Assembly (NCBI GenBank): GCA_031553415.1
Contig: JAVBLO010000087.1
Span: 1 to 45,504 of the forward strand
Direction of reading: 5' to 3'
DNA from: Bacteroidales bacterium
Lineage (GTDB): Bacteria; Bacteroidota; Bacteroidia; Bacteroidales; Azobacteroidaceae
Length of the DNA: 45,504 nt
In this document: positions 1 to 8,400 of the stretch, piece after piece
How positions within the stretch are numbered: position 1 is the stretch's first letter
Layout: every line of letters begins with the position of its first letter
The notes under the pieces: generated by a model
What the model saw: the letters and a program-made list of their open reading frames with translations, nothing else
What the model was told of the DNA's origin: nothing
Database searches by the model: none
Program-made: the position numbers and the translations under genes

Positions 1-203
1 ACGTCATCAATGGTAACGAACCGGTTCAATGTGCCGGAAAAGCCGTTACGGGTCACCATGTTGAGGTTGCCGTTGAGGTCGTATCCCAGCCTTTCGTTGT
101 AACCGCCATGTGCCACAGACCAATCCTCTCCTTCAAAATAAGTTGAGTTCTCCAACCGGTGCAAGCCGTCATAACGGAACGAATAGCCCCGTCTAACCGT
201 CGT
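1..203 (-). pseudogene. 5'-truncated duplicate of the Rhs core (paralog fragment continuing beyond the window start)
   Basis: Positions 1-203 match 3329-3531 of the intact rhs gene with only 4 mismatches (~98% identity). Minus-strand translation gives RGYSFRYDGLHRLENSTYFEGEDWSVAHGGYNERLGYDLNGNLNMVTRNGFSGTLNRFVTIDD, 2 substitutions versus the intact gene. Homology stops abruptly at 203, where the 175-bp repeat begins. No N-terminal part is present. Confidence 0.6.
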
Positions 204-375
204 TTGCTGTGCATTGCGCTCGGCAGAAGCTCTGCTTCTGTCGTTGCTAAAAGTAAATCTCCCGATTTATATATTTGTGAAGCGGAGCTTCACTTCTAAC
301 CCGACGAAGTTAGAAACTTCGCCGAGCGCGTACTCCATTAGCCTACATTGAGCAGGGGAAAATGTTAATAAACAA
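201..375. repeat. 175-bp structured repeat, copy A (direct repeat of 9721-9894)
   Basis: Aligns base-for-base with 9721-9894: ~90% identity over the first ~105 nt, ~65% over the remainder. It contains a 13-bp stem (224-236 GAAGCTCTGCTTC / 277-289 GAAGCGGAGCTTC) enclosing a nested 6-bp stem (TAAATC / GATTTA). Confidence 0.8.
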
Positions 376-425
376 CAAAAATACCCCTGAAACTTGCTTT
401 TTTAAACAGTATCTTGCTACAATTA

Positions 426-800
426 TTATTTGATTTCTTTTCTCGAACTTCTGAGCATTAACATTAACAATGTGGATAATAAAATATTTAAAATCGGTAC
501 TACAAGAAATATTACAGTCCAATTGTTTCCATGCGATTCAAGAACAAATAACACACAGAGAAAAATCAATGATACAACAGAGTACAATAATAATGAAATA
601 CTCAACAATAAAACAATTTTTCTATTCTTAAGCCACAATAAAAATGAAACAATTATAAGACAAATACTTAACACCAAGAAAGAGGACATTACATAATTGT
701 ACACCAGCCAAACTCTCAACTCATTCAGTAATAACAGAACACCTTGCAACAACCACCAAACGAATGAAATAACTATAATTTTGTCATTTAACCACTTCAT
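426..800 (-). CDS. small multi-TM membrane protein, putative immunity protein for the adjacent orphan Rhs-CT toxin
   Basis: 124-aa ORF, last gene of the minus-strand array, 5 bp downstream of the orphan toxin ORF. The product is strongly hydrophobic with about 3-4 predicted TM helices. The region is very AT-rich and low-complexity, so the ORF could be spurious; a competing 88-aa plus-strand ORF is less plausible. Confidence 0.35.
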   Translation of the reverse strand: MKWLNDKIIVISFVWWLLQGVLLLLNELRVWLVYNYVMSSFLVLSICLIIVSFLLWLKNRKIVLLLSISLLLYSVVSLIFLCVLFVLESHGNNWTVIFLVVPILNILLSTLLMLMLRSSRKEIK

Positions 801-805
801 GGATG

Positions 806-1405
806 TTATCTCTTTATGTAAATTCCATTTGAATTATTTGTCCTTATGGCTTTAAACGATTCACTTGGAAGCCAAGAGTTATAAACCTTAGGAGGGGTGG
901 AAATAAAAGCATCTGTTTCTCTTCTAGTTATTGATGTATTTATTCCTACCGCATTCAGAGACCTTTGAACAGTAGTGGCACAATTGTTCGAGATAATACT
1001 ATAATTTTCATTTGTACTGATATCAGTAAAGGTGCTTCTTATAATGTTATCTTGTTCTGGTGTTGTTGGCAAAATATATCCTTCTGTAAAACCGTAGTTA
1101 TTAACCTCATTATCTTTGACTTGTTGCTTATTTCCTTCCGCATTGTAAGTACTCTCTAAAAATTCTTGAGGACTGTTAAATGTTTTTTCTCCCATATCAT
1201 GGTATGATTTACCTCCAAGCATACCTCCGGTTGCATTATAAACCCAGTCTCCATTCATTGAATAATATTGCCATTTCCCAGCATCATTTTGAATTAGCAT
1301 AGCTGAATGTTCTCCCTCATTGAGATTAAGAACAGTCACGCTATCTCCCCTTAAATCGATATTCCGGATAGGGTTATTTGCACATTGTGTATATAACATT
1401 GCCAT
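806..1405 (-). CDS. orphan Rhs C-terminal toxin module (retains end-of-core motif; unknown toxin domain, possibly permuted papain-like His...Cys)
   Basis: N-terminus MAMLYTQCANNPIRNIDLRGD parallels the end of the intact Rhs core ...YVYCANNPVNLIDPDGM. The rest is unrelated to the main toxin tip. It contains GEHSAML ... NNCATTV, a His-then-Cys order reminiscent of LRAT/NlpC-P60 permuted papain folds. Composition is AT-rich. Confidence 0.6.
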   Translation of the reverse strand: MAMLYTQCANNPIRNIDLRGDSVTVLNLNEGEHSAMLIQNDAGKWQYYSMNGDWVYNATGGMLGGKSYHDMGEKTFNSPQEFLESTYNAEGNKQQVKDNEVNNYGFTEGYILPTTPEQDNIIRSTFTDISTNENYSIISNNCATTVQRSLNAVGINTSITRRETDAFISTPPKVYNSWLPSESFKAIRTNNSNGIYIKR

Positions 1406-1422
1406 ACAAACATAATCTCCAA

Positions 1423-1965
1423 TTATTCTATTATATTTTCAAACTGCACCGAACTTCCCAAATATCGAGGGGCAAAAACTGTATCAGGTCTCAAATTTAC
1501 CTCCAAATTTCCTAATTCATTGTAGTAAAAATAAATGGAACGAAATATAAATAATTCTGAAGAGTTTTTTATTATCCATCCATTAGTTAGTTTTATGCTG
1601 TCAGGTTCATTCTTAATAATCCATTGGCTTTTTTCGGATACTATCAATTCATCAATAGAAGAAACATAAAAAACACGTTTATCCAAAATATCAAAATAAA
1701 ATGTTGGATTACTTTCTTCTATGAGAGATTTATAGCCAGGACCCAATAAAAAACCTTGTCGAGTAGGAACTTTTTCATTTTGCTCAAGTCCTTGGGTTGA
1801 TTTTATGAAAAAAGTATTAAATTGTGGATGTTCTTCTATGTAAGTCCCGATTACATTCTTTACATCAGCATGTAAATTTAATTCTTTGCAAAATTTTCTT
1901 TCTTGCTTACATGAAACAGTCATGAGCATCCCTAATACAACAACAAAGGATATTAAATATTTCAT
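1423..1965 (-). CDS. lipoprotein, putative cognate immunity protein of the Rhs C-terminal toxin
   Basis: 180 aa. Lipoprotein signal peptide MKYLISFVVVLGMLMTVSC. Starts 4 bp after the rhs stop, the canonical toxin-immunity arrangement. AT-rich like the toxin tip. Confidence 0.6.
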   Translation of the reverse strand: MKYLISFVVVLGMLMTVSCKQERKFCKELNLHADVKNVIGTYIEEHPQFNTFFIKSTQGLEQNEKVPTRQGFLLGPGYKSLIEESNPTFYFDILDKRVFYVSSIDELIVSEKSQWIIKNEPDSIKLTNGWIIKNSSELFIFRSIYFYYNELGNLEVNLRPDTVFAPRYLGSSVQFENIIE

Positions 1966-1968
1966 AAT

Positions 1969-4900
1969 CTACTGCCCTATTGATGGATATGTTCTCAACC
2001 AAGGAACTAATAATGTTTTTCCTGATAACAAATTATCTCTACTTCCCAATCCAGGAATAGACCTAAATCCCTCTCCTTTTACAGACCAAAATACACCATG
2101 AACCTTTCCATCATGACCTATTGTCATAATTGGAAGTCCTCCCATTGCCCTAGAATGACCAACATCGCCTCCGCTCTTGCCTGTAAAAGATGGTGTAGCA
2201 TCCTTTGACGCATCTTGATGGGTATGTACATTCCCTGTAATCTTAAATGTTTCCCCATCCTTGGTTGTGAGTTTTCCATCTTTAACAGAATATTGATATT
2301 TGCTTGGACTTGCATCATCAGCTTTATTTTTATAATCAGGTATAACTAAAATATTTCCATTTGCTAATGGATATCCACTTTCTTCGATTTTCTTCTCTGT
2401 TGCTTGTGACCACATTCGATTATATGCATCCGTTTCATTAGTGAACATAATACTACCATCCTTTCTATATGTTCCCGTCCCATATTTTACTGTCTCCCCT
2501 GCATATTTTTGATTTTCGCCTAGTTTGGAATCTTTTGTAACATTGGGGTCGTATTGTAGTGAGCGGTTCTTTTTATCATCGTTATTTATCCAATACCAAT
2601 CCATGCCATCAGGATCTATTAGGTTCACTGGGTTATTCGCGCAATAAACATACGGACTTATGCTGTAATACTTTTCGCAAAGCGGGTCCATTGTAAGAAA
2701 GCCACCCAGCGGGGAATAATATCCCCTTGCCACGAAATCATACTGATCCAACCCGAACATCCTGTCCAGTTCCTTCCCCCCGAACTTGTAGGGCTGGAAT
2801 TCCCGGTCGTTACGCCTCGGGGATTCTGCCATTACCGAACCGAAAGGGTAATAGTTCGTCACCTGGAAAGTTGTGCCCCACATGTCGAACACAACCCGGT
2901 TGTTACCCAGATGGTCTTTCAGAAAAAAGGTATGGTCGCCTGTCCCGTCATACCGGCAATACCCCTCTTCCGTGAGTACCATCGTCAGGTCTTCCCCCTG
3001 GTAAACCTTGTTACCGCAATAGGTCTTTTCCGTTTCCAAATAATTGTTCCTGTAGTGGCCCATCCTCAGTTTCCTGCCCGAAGCGTCATACACGTAACGG
3101 ATGTCGTTCCCATTGGCAAAGGTAATCTTTTGCGGCAGGTTCAACAAATTATATTCTATGCTTGTGATCCCACGGTTCTTGTCGGATGTCATGTTCCCGT
3201 TGGTATCATAGGTGTATTCGACACTGCCCCCGTTCACGTCCCTGAATTCCATCAAATCGTTAGAAGTGCCGTTGGATGCCATGTCCACCACCTCCTGCAA
3301 CCGGTTACCGTTGCGTTGCACAACATATACGTCATCAATGGTAACGAACCGGTTCGATGTGCCCGAAAAGCCGTTACGGGTCACCATGTTGAGGTTGCCG
3401 TTGAGGTCGTATCCCAGCCTTTCGTTGTAACCGCCATGCGCCACAGACCAATCCTCTCCTTCAAAATAAATTGAGTTCTCCAACCGGTGCAAGCCGTCAT
3501 AACGGAACGAATAGCCCCGTTGAAGAGCGGGTTTGTCCGCCGATTTCCAGCGGATGGCGGAAATATTCCCCGAATAATATACCTTTCCCGAAGGGTCGGG
3601 GTTGTTCGTGTAGAACAACTCTTCTGTGAATTTCGGGGAGGAGATTTTCGTCTGCCAGCCACGGATATTGTAATCGTAACCGGTTGATTCGTTGTATACC
3701 TTTTTGGAGGCGATCCTTCCCCAACCGTCATAAGTATGCCGGGAGAGGGGTATTTCAGGGTTTCCCTGTCCCGGGTTCAATTCATGGTAGGTATTCAGCA
3801 CCCTGCCTGCCCGGTCGTAGGTATAGCGGTACAATTCCGACACCCCATAGGCAAATCCCCCCCCGTCATGGTCGAGGTGTCTTTTATGGGGCAGTCCTGT
3901 AAAGGTATACGATATGGTTTCCCTGTCGTATCCGTTTGTTATATTGCTGGATACGGCTTGCACCACCCGACCCTTGTCGTCATAATAGGAGGCGGACAGC
4001 AGGTAAGTCGAATAATCGTCGAACACCAGCGTCCGGCTCCCGGTCAGCAATCCCTTGGCGGCAACCGGATCGCCGTCCGTCCCATGCCTTTTGTCATTGA
4101 ATCCTGCGGGAAGCAGGTAATCGAGATGGGTATTCGAACGGAAATGGGTCGTCTGTTTGAACAGGTAGTTGTCATAGTAATTGGCAGTTAATAATTTGGC
4201 ATCGGTGAAAGAAACCCCGGAAACGGTGTAGCCCGTCCCCAGGAAATTGTCGCCGGAGTCGGCGGAGAACACAGCCTTCACCACCGCACCGGAGTGTATG
4301 ACCGGGTTTTTGCAGGTACCTTTAAGCACCATCCGACCGAACTCGTCGGGGATCGTGAAGGTATATTCCGACCTGCTACTCTGTACGCTTTCACGAAAGA
4401 TGATCAACCGGTCGGCCTTGTCGTATTGCATCGTCGTTCCGCCCTGTCCCGGAAGCTTTTTCGCAATACACCTTTTCCAGTCATCGTACGAATAGTAATA
4501 CACATATTTGTTGATGACATCGGAGGTGATGGTCCATGATGAGTTTGTATTGAGCAGGGAAGCCGCCATGGGAGGAATCACAAAGCGTAACAGGCCGAAA
4601 TCATCATAAACGTAATAAGTGTCGTGGTTCCGGTTTTGTGACACCTGCCTTGTCAGTAACAGCTGACCCTGCGTGTCCTTGAATTCATACGACTCCTCCC
4701 CGTCTTCCCCCGTGGTTTTGGTCACATAAAGGGTGTTGGATGCGTAGTTCCCTTCTTTCTTCAAGGTATGTGAGGGCAGTACCCGGTACAGGTTGCAGTT
4801 GAGCCGTGTGTCTGCCGATATGTTGAACAGGTATTCGGTTTTGACTGCCTTGCCGTTATCATGCCACTCCTGTCCCGGCCCGAACTGTTGCAGGACGCGC

Positions 4901-5271
4901 TCAAGGGGGGAAGATTCATAGACCGTTTCGGAATAGGGCGCCCGGTCGCCGTTGATTTCCCCGGCTTTGCGGTATATATCACGGACATAGGCCCCGTTGT
5001 TGCCGGCCACGGGCGTGGGGAGGTACTGCCGCCATTCCCTGCCGAACCAGTCATATTCGGTTGCCGTCACTATGTCCTGCCCCTGTCCCCCGGCCCCTTT
5101 TTGTACCGTCTGCACGGGACGTCCCAGACCGTCGAAATAACGGATGGTTTCCATGTACTCCGTCCCGGATTCATTGGTCATCGTGCGCGTTTGGATATAA
5201 TTGCCGGAGGACTGGGGAAACACCGGGAACTGCAAGATTGAAAGCGCCGCTATGATGATATGCTGTTTCAT
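1969..5271 (-). CDS. rhs: Rhs/YD-repeat core protein (TcC-like) with Sec signal peptide and polymorphic C-terminal toxin domain
   Basis: 1100 aa. N-terminal signal-like MKQHIIIAALSILQFPVFPQ. Numerous YD repeats (YDxxGRL-like, e.g. YDGWGRI, YDASGRKL, YDGLHRL). The core ends with ...SPYVYCANNPVNLIDPDGM, the PxxxxDPxGL-type autoproteolysis motif, at about 2601-2615. The final ~210 aa (1969-2601) are AT-rich and contain no Cys. Confidence 0.88.
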   Translation of the reverse strand: MKQHIIIAALSILQFPVFPQSSGNYIQTRTMTNESGTEYMETIRYFDGLGRPVQTVQKGAGGQGQDIVTATEYDWFGREWRQYLPTPVAGNNGAYVRDIYRKAGEINGDRAPYSETVYESSPLERVLQQFGPGQEWHDNGKAVKTEYLFNISADTRLNCNLYRVLPSHTLKKEGNYASNTLYVTKTTGEDGEESYEFKDTQGQLLLTRQVSQNRNHDTYYVYDDFGLLRFVIPPMAASLLNTNSSWTITSDVINKYVYYYSYDDWKRCIAKKLPGQGGTTMQYDKADRLIIFRESVQSSRSEYTFTIPDEFGRMVLKGTCKNPVIHSGAVVKAVFSADSGDNFLGTGYTVSGVSFTDAKLLTANYYDNYLFKQTTHFRSNTHLDYLLPAGFNDKRHGTDGDPVAAKGLLTGSRTLVFDDYSTYLLSASYYDDKGRVVQAVSSNITNGYDRETISYTFTGLPHKRHLDHDGGGFAYGVSELYRYTYDRAGRVLNTYHELNPGQGNPEIPLSRHTYDGWGRIASKKVYNESTGYDYNIRGWQTKISSPKFTEELFYTNNPDPSGKVYYSGNISAIRWKSADKPALQRGYSFRYDGLHRLENSIYFEGEDWSVAHGGYNERLGYDLNGNLNMVTRNGFSGTSNRFVTIDDVYVVQRNGNRLQEVVDMASNGTSNDLMEFRDVNGGSVEYTYDTNGNMTSDKNRGITSIEYNLLNLPQKITFANGNDIRYVYDASGRKLRMGHYRNNYLETEKTYCGNKVYQGEDLTMVLTEEGYCRYDGTGDHTFFLKDHLGNNRVVFDMWGTTFQVTNYYPFGSVMAESPRRNDREFQPYKFGGKELDRMFGLDQYDFVARGYYSPLGGFLTMDPLCEKYYSISPYVYCANNPVNLIDPDGMDWYWINNDDKKNRSLQYDPNVTKDSKLGENQKYAGETVKYGTGTYRKDGSIMFTNETDAYNRMWSQATEKKIEESGYPLANGNILVIPDYKNKADDASPSKYQYSVKDGKLTTKDGETFKITGNVHTHQDASKDATPSFTGKSGGDVGHSRAMGGLPIMTIGHDGKVHGVFWSVKGEGFRSIPGLGSRDNLLSGKTLLVPWLRTYPSIGQ

Positions 5272-5282
5272 GTCTTTTATTG

Positions 5283-8200
5283 TTATTTTTGATAATGATA
5301 CTTATAAGTTTCTATCACCCGCCCGTCGTTGTCCTTCAGTTCCCGCAGCCTCAGGAAATCGTCATACTCGAAGGCTTGCCTGGCGCCTCCGGGGTTGGTG
5401 ATGGCTTTGAGTCCCACCAGCGGTTCATAAGAAAAGGAGGTGGCGACCGCCCTGGGCAACCCTGTTTGCAACAGGCCGTTGTCCAGGCTGTTGGGTGACG
5501 AGTTCACGGTGAATTGTTCTGGTGTCATGCCCAGGCATACGCCCACCTGTTCGTAAGTGGCCCCCTTGATTTCGGCCAAAGGGGAATTTACCAGTTTGTT
5601 CCACAGGTAAATAACCCTGATGGAATCATCCTGGGTAATATGCACCGGATTCCCGTAAGCATCATAGTTGTGGTATCGTATCCTCTCCCTTGGCGCAGCG
5701 CTGTTGGTTTGTGAGGATATTTTCCAGGGGAACACGCCCGTGGGGAACACCTTGTAGCCGGCATGCACGGTGGTTGCCATGCTGCCTTTCGTCACGGATT
5801 CTTTCAGCAGCGTCCCGATTCTCCAACGGCTATCGGACATCAACTGCTTCCGGGCAGTTTCTTCTTCACCGGACAATACCAGGTCGTGTGGATAGTAACG
5901 GCGGACATCCAGCTGTTTGCCGTCGCTGGCCGTCGTCCTGATACGGGTTGGATAGAGCAGCACTGGGTTATTGTATTCATACGAGGTTTCCGTTTCCAGG
6001 CTCTTTTTCCCCCGGGAGTCGAATTGGACACGGTATTCGTTGGATAGCCGGAGGCAGCCGCTGTAGATTTCGTAAGGGTGGTGTACAAGTTCCTCCAAAT
6101 AAGTCCTGCTAAAGCAAGCGGTTTCATCGGGGTCAGGGTCATATACTCGTGTTTTTTGTTCCACTTTCCCCACCGGTATGTCTTTCCTGTTATATGTGGA
6201 ATACCAATAATGCACACTATCTACAGGTACCAACACCCCATTGTCTACCTTGTAGTTGCTGCATGACACCAGCTTCCCTTTCAGCCAGTCCGCCTTGGGG
6301 TCCAAAGTGATGGAGGTTCCGGGAACCCTGTGAGTATTATACTCCAGGTCATAGTTGAGGCCGTATTGATACCTGGTCAACCCCGCTTTCTCCATCTCAT
6401 CTTCCGAATGGTAAACGTGTTTATATTCACTGACCCATTCATACAGCACAGGTGCACCTCCCGCATGGGACAGGTTGATGACGGGGGAAGAACTGTAAGT
6501 GCGTGAACGGAATTGGTCAAAATAATCCGCAGCATAATCTATAAACGCCCCCCCAATATAAAGTCTTTTCCATTTTACATACAAGTTTTCCCGTTCCACC
6601 ATATAATCATCGATGTCAGGTATTTTCCTGGGGATTCCATATCCGTTCCCATCCAATCCGTAGGAGAATTCCTTAAAGACATGCTGGAGATTGGTGTTGT
6701 CTATCTCCCTGATTTGATGTATCCTTAATCCCCCTGCCAGTTTTGGGGTGTCATGTTCATAATCATAATACCGGTTTGCCTGGTAGAAAAACATGGTTTC
6801 CCCTCCGGTGGGATAAATGATTTTGGTCAACACCCCGGCCTGCATGTATTCTTCATCGGGTTCTTTTGAGGCGCTTCCGATCGTTGTCATCCGGTGATAC
6901 CCCCACCCGCCGGGAAGTCCGACGCTTACCTCGGCCAGGGGGACGGCGCTTTGGCTGCCGTCATTGGCCGTACCGTTGTAATACCCCCAATGGTCGGTGT
7001 TTTTATCAATAACGGAGGGCATGGGGATTTGAGTGTTGTATTCAAACCGGTACCGTTCCTCCACTTTTCCCTGCCGGTCAAGGATTTGCAGGGAGTCGAG
7101 TTTATATCTTCCTACTCCACCCAATACCGGAAGGAAACAGTTCTGGAAAAACCGGATTTCGCGCACGGTGTTACCTGAATTGCCACAGACTTTGATGGAG
7201 TTCAGCATCCTGCCCCCATCTACTTTGTGTATGATTTCAAACTTGACAATTCCCGCAGAAAACCTGATCTCCTTCACTTTCCTCATTAAAACAGAATGGT
7301 TCGACAGGTAGTATCTCCCATCGGCAAGGTCAGCATGATCATTGTATTCCCGGAAAATGCTCTCATCCCCATCATGAAGTATTTGAAATATCTCGAAACA
7401 ATTGCTTATCCTGGTCTTCTTTACAGGGAGGAAATACGATACGGGTTCATGATTTGTATAAAGAAATTCATAAACCGGATGCTCTAATAATGTGACATAA
7501 TCCGTCTGGCAGAAAGTCGTTTCCCAAATCGGTTCGTGGTATGAAAAGGATATCTGCCTACCGCTTATCCCTGATCGCATCTTACTCGCTTTCCAGGCGG
7601 TTGAAACAGTTTGGTGGGGATTGGGGACATAGGTGGAAAGTTCGGAATTTTCATATGGGAACTCATAATGAATCCCTTTTTCATCAGTGATGTTGAAGTC
7701 CGGGTTGAGATTGAAATTGGAAATTATTTTCAATGGCTCATAGGGATGAGGCACTATGATGGCCGTATCCCGGGTCCGGGGTTGCCTGCTATAGTAAAAG
7801 GAGCCTGTCTTGTCTGCCAGTTTGTAATGGAAGTCGTCAGGTTCTTCATCTTCCAGGCCGTCAACTATTCTCAACAAGTAGAGGTTTTCATGTTCATTAT
7901 AGCCTAAATTTTGAGAATTTGTCCTCAAATATCCCCTATCGTCGGCTACCCCATTGATATTACTAGAAATGAACGGCTCAGCATTCAGCGTCCAGCCCAA
8001 TCCGACCCACCCGTTGGGCTCGTTCACCTTGATTCCGGAAGAATGGTAGCTCAAGGTGATGGGAAGCTTTAAATCGCCATCCTGTATTTCGTAAAGGGGG
8101 ATTTCTATCCGGACAAGCCCCGTGCCGTAATTCACCGGGTAATTGATATACTTTGCCAGTGAAGCCGCTTCGGGGGAAACAGGTGTAATCCTCGGAAAAT

Positions 8201-8378
8201 CGGTTGTTAACTGTGGTTGGGTGGAAGATGATCTGAGCATCATCCGGGTCGTGTCATGGGGAAACGGGACCAGGGAATCGATGCTTGTGAATACAACTTG
8301 CGCCTGTGTGTTCAAAAGAATGAAACACGGGAGCAATGCAAGGATAGTTTTCATAATGAATATAAGTCTGTTCGTCAT
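5283..8378 (-). CDS. SpvB/TcB-like protein with Sec signal peptide, C-terminal YD repeats (B-component-like partner of the Rhs core)
   Basis: 1031 aa. Likely true start is the internal MKTILALLPCFILLNTQAQ (signal peptide). The SpvB-domain hallmark PVNYGTGLVRIEIPLYEIQDGDLKLPITLSYHSSGIKVNEPNGWVGLGWTLN compares with TcB's LSLPLPIS...FTLNYNSG...GLGWD. It ends with YD-repeat-like ...FEYDDFLRLRELKDNDGRVIETYKYHY. Its stop lies 11 nt upstream of the rhs ATG, in a different frame. Confidence 0.75.
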   Translation of the reverse strand: MTNRLIFIMKTILALLPCFILLNTQAQVVFTSIDSLVPFPHDTTRMMLRSSSTQPQLTTDFPRITPVSPEAASLAKYINYPVNYGTGLVRIEIPLYEIQDGDLKLPITLSYHSSGIKVNEPNGWVGLGWTLNAEPFISSNINGVADDRGYLRTNSQNLGYNEHENLYLLRIVDGLEDEEPDDFHYKLADKTGSFYYSRQPRTRDTAIIVPHPYEPLKIISNFNLNPDFNITDEKGIHYEFPYENSELSTYVPNPHQTVSTAWKASKMRSGISGRQISFSYHEPIWETTFCQTDYVTLLEHPVYEFLYTNHEPVSYFLPVKKTRISNCFEIFQILHDGDESIFREYNDHADLADGRYYLSNHSVLMRKVKEIRFSAGIVKFEIIHKVDGGRMLNSIKVCGNSGNTVREIRFFQNCFLPVLGGVGRYKLDSLQILDRQGKVEERYRFEYNTQIPMPSVIDKNTDHWGYYNGTANDGSQSAVPLAEVSVGLPGGWGYHRMTTIGSASKEPDEEYMQAGVLTKIIYPTGGETMFFYQANRYYDYEHDTPKLAGGLRIHQIREIDNTNLQHVFKEFSYGLDGNGYGIPRKIPDIDDYMVERENLYVKWKRLYIGGAFIDYAADYFDQFRSRTYSSSPVINLSHAGGAPVLYEWVSEYKHVYHSEDEMEKAGLTRYQYGLNYDLEYNTHRVPGTSITLDPKADWLKGKLVSCSNYKVDNGVLVPVDSVHYWYSTYNRKDIPVGKVEQKTRVYDPDPDETACFSRTYLEELVHHPYEIYSGCLRLSNEYRVQFDSRGKKSLETETSYEYNNPVLLYPTRIRTTASDGKQLDVRRYYPHDLVLSGEEETARKQLMSDSRWRIGTLLKESVTKGSMATTVHAGYKVFPTGVFPWKISSQTNSAAPRERIRYHNYDAYGNPVHITQDDSIRVIYLWNKLVNSPLAEIKGATYEQVGVCLGMTPEQFTVNSSPNSLDNGLLQTGLPRAVATSFSYEPLVGLKAITNPGGARQAFEYDDFLRLRELKDNDGRVIETYKYHYQK

Positions 8379-8400
8379 ATCGGATTCTTGTATGGATTCG

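Noticed and set aside
430-696. 88-aa plus-strand ORF overlapping the putative immunity ORF
   Set aside because: The surrounding array is entirely minus-strand. The plus-strand product is Asn/Ile/Lys-rich low-complexity, as expected from A-rich DNA. The minus-strand alternative gives a coherent multi-TM protein. Neither is certain.
5271-5283. Possibility that the SpvB-like and Rhs ORFs are one gene split by a frameshift
   Set aside because: The upstream ORF ends with a real stop after a complete YD repeat. The downstream ORF begins 11 nt later with ATG and a full hydrophobic signal-like leader in a different frame. Separate TcB-like and TcC-like genes are a known natural arrangement. A sequencing error cannot be excluded without reads.
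2727-5498. Numerous plus-strand ORFs of 60-190 aa overlapping the rhs and SpvB-like genes (e.g. 2911-3474, 3736-4191, 4861-5241)
   Set aside because: They are antisense to long, well-supported minus-strand genes in a GC-rich segment where stop codons are rare by chance. Their products are Pro/Arg/Gly-rich low-complexity sequences with no domain features.
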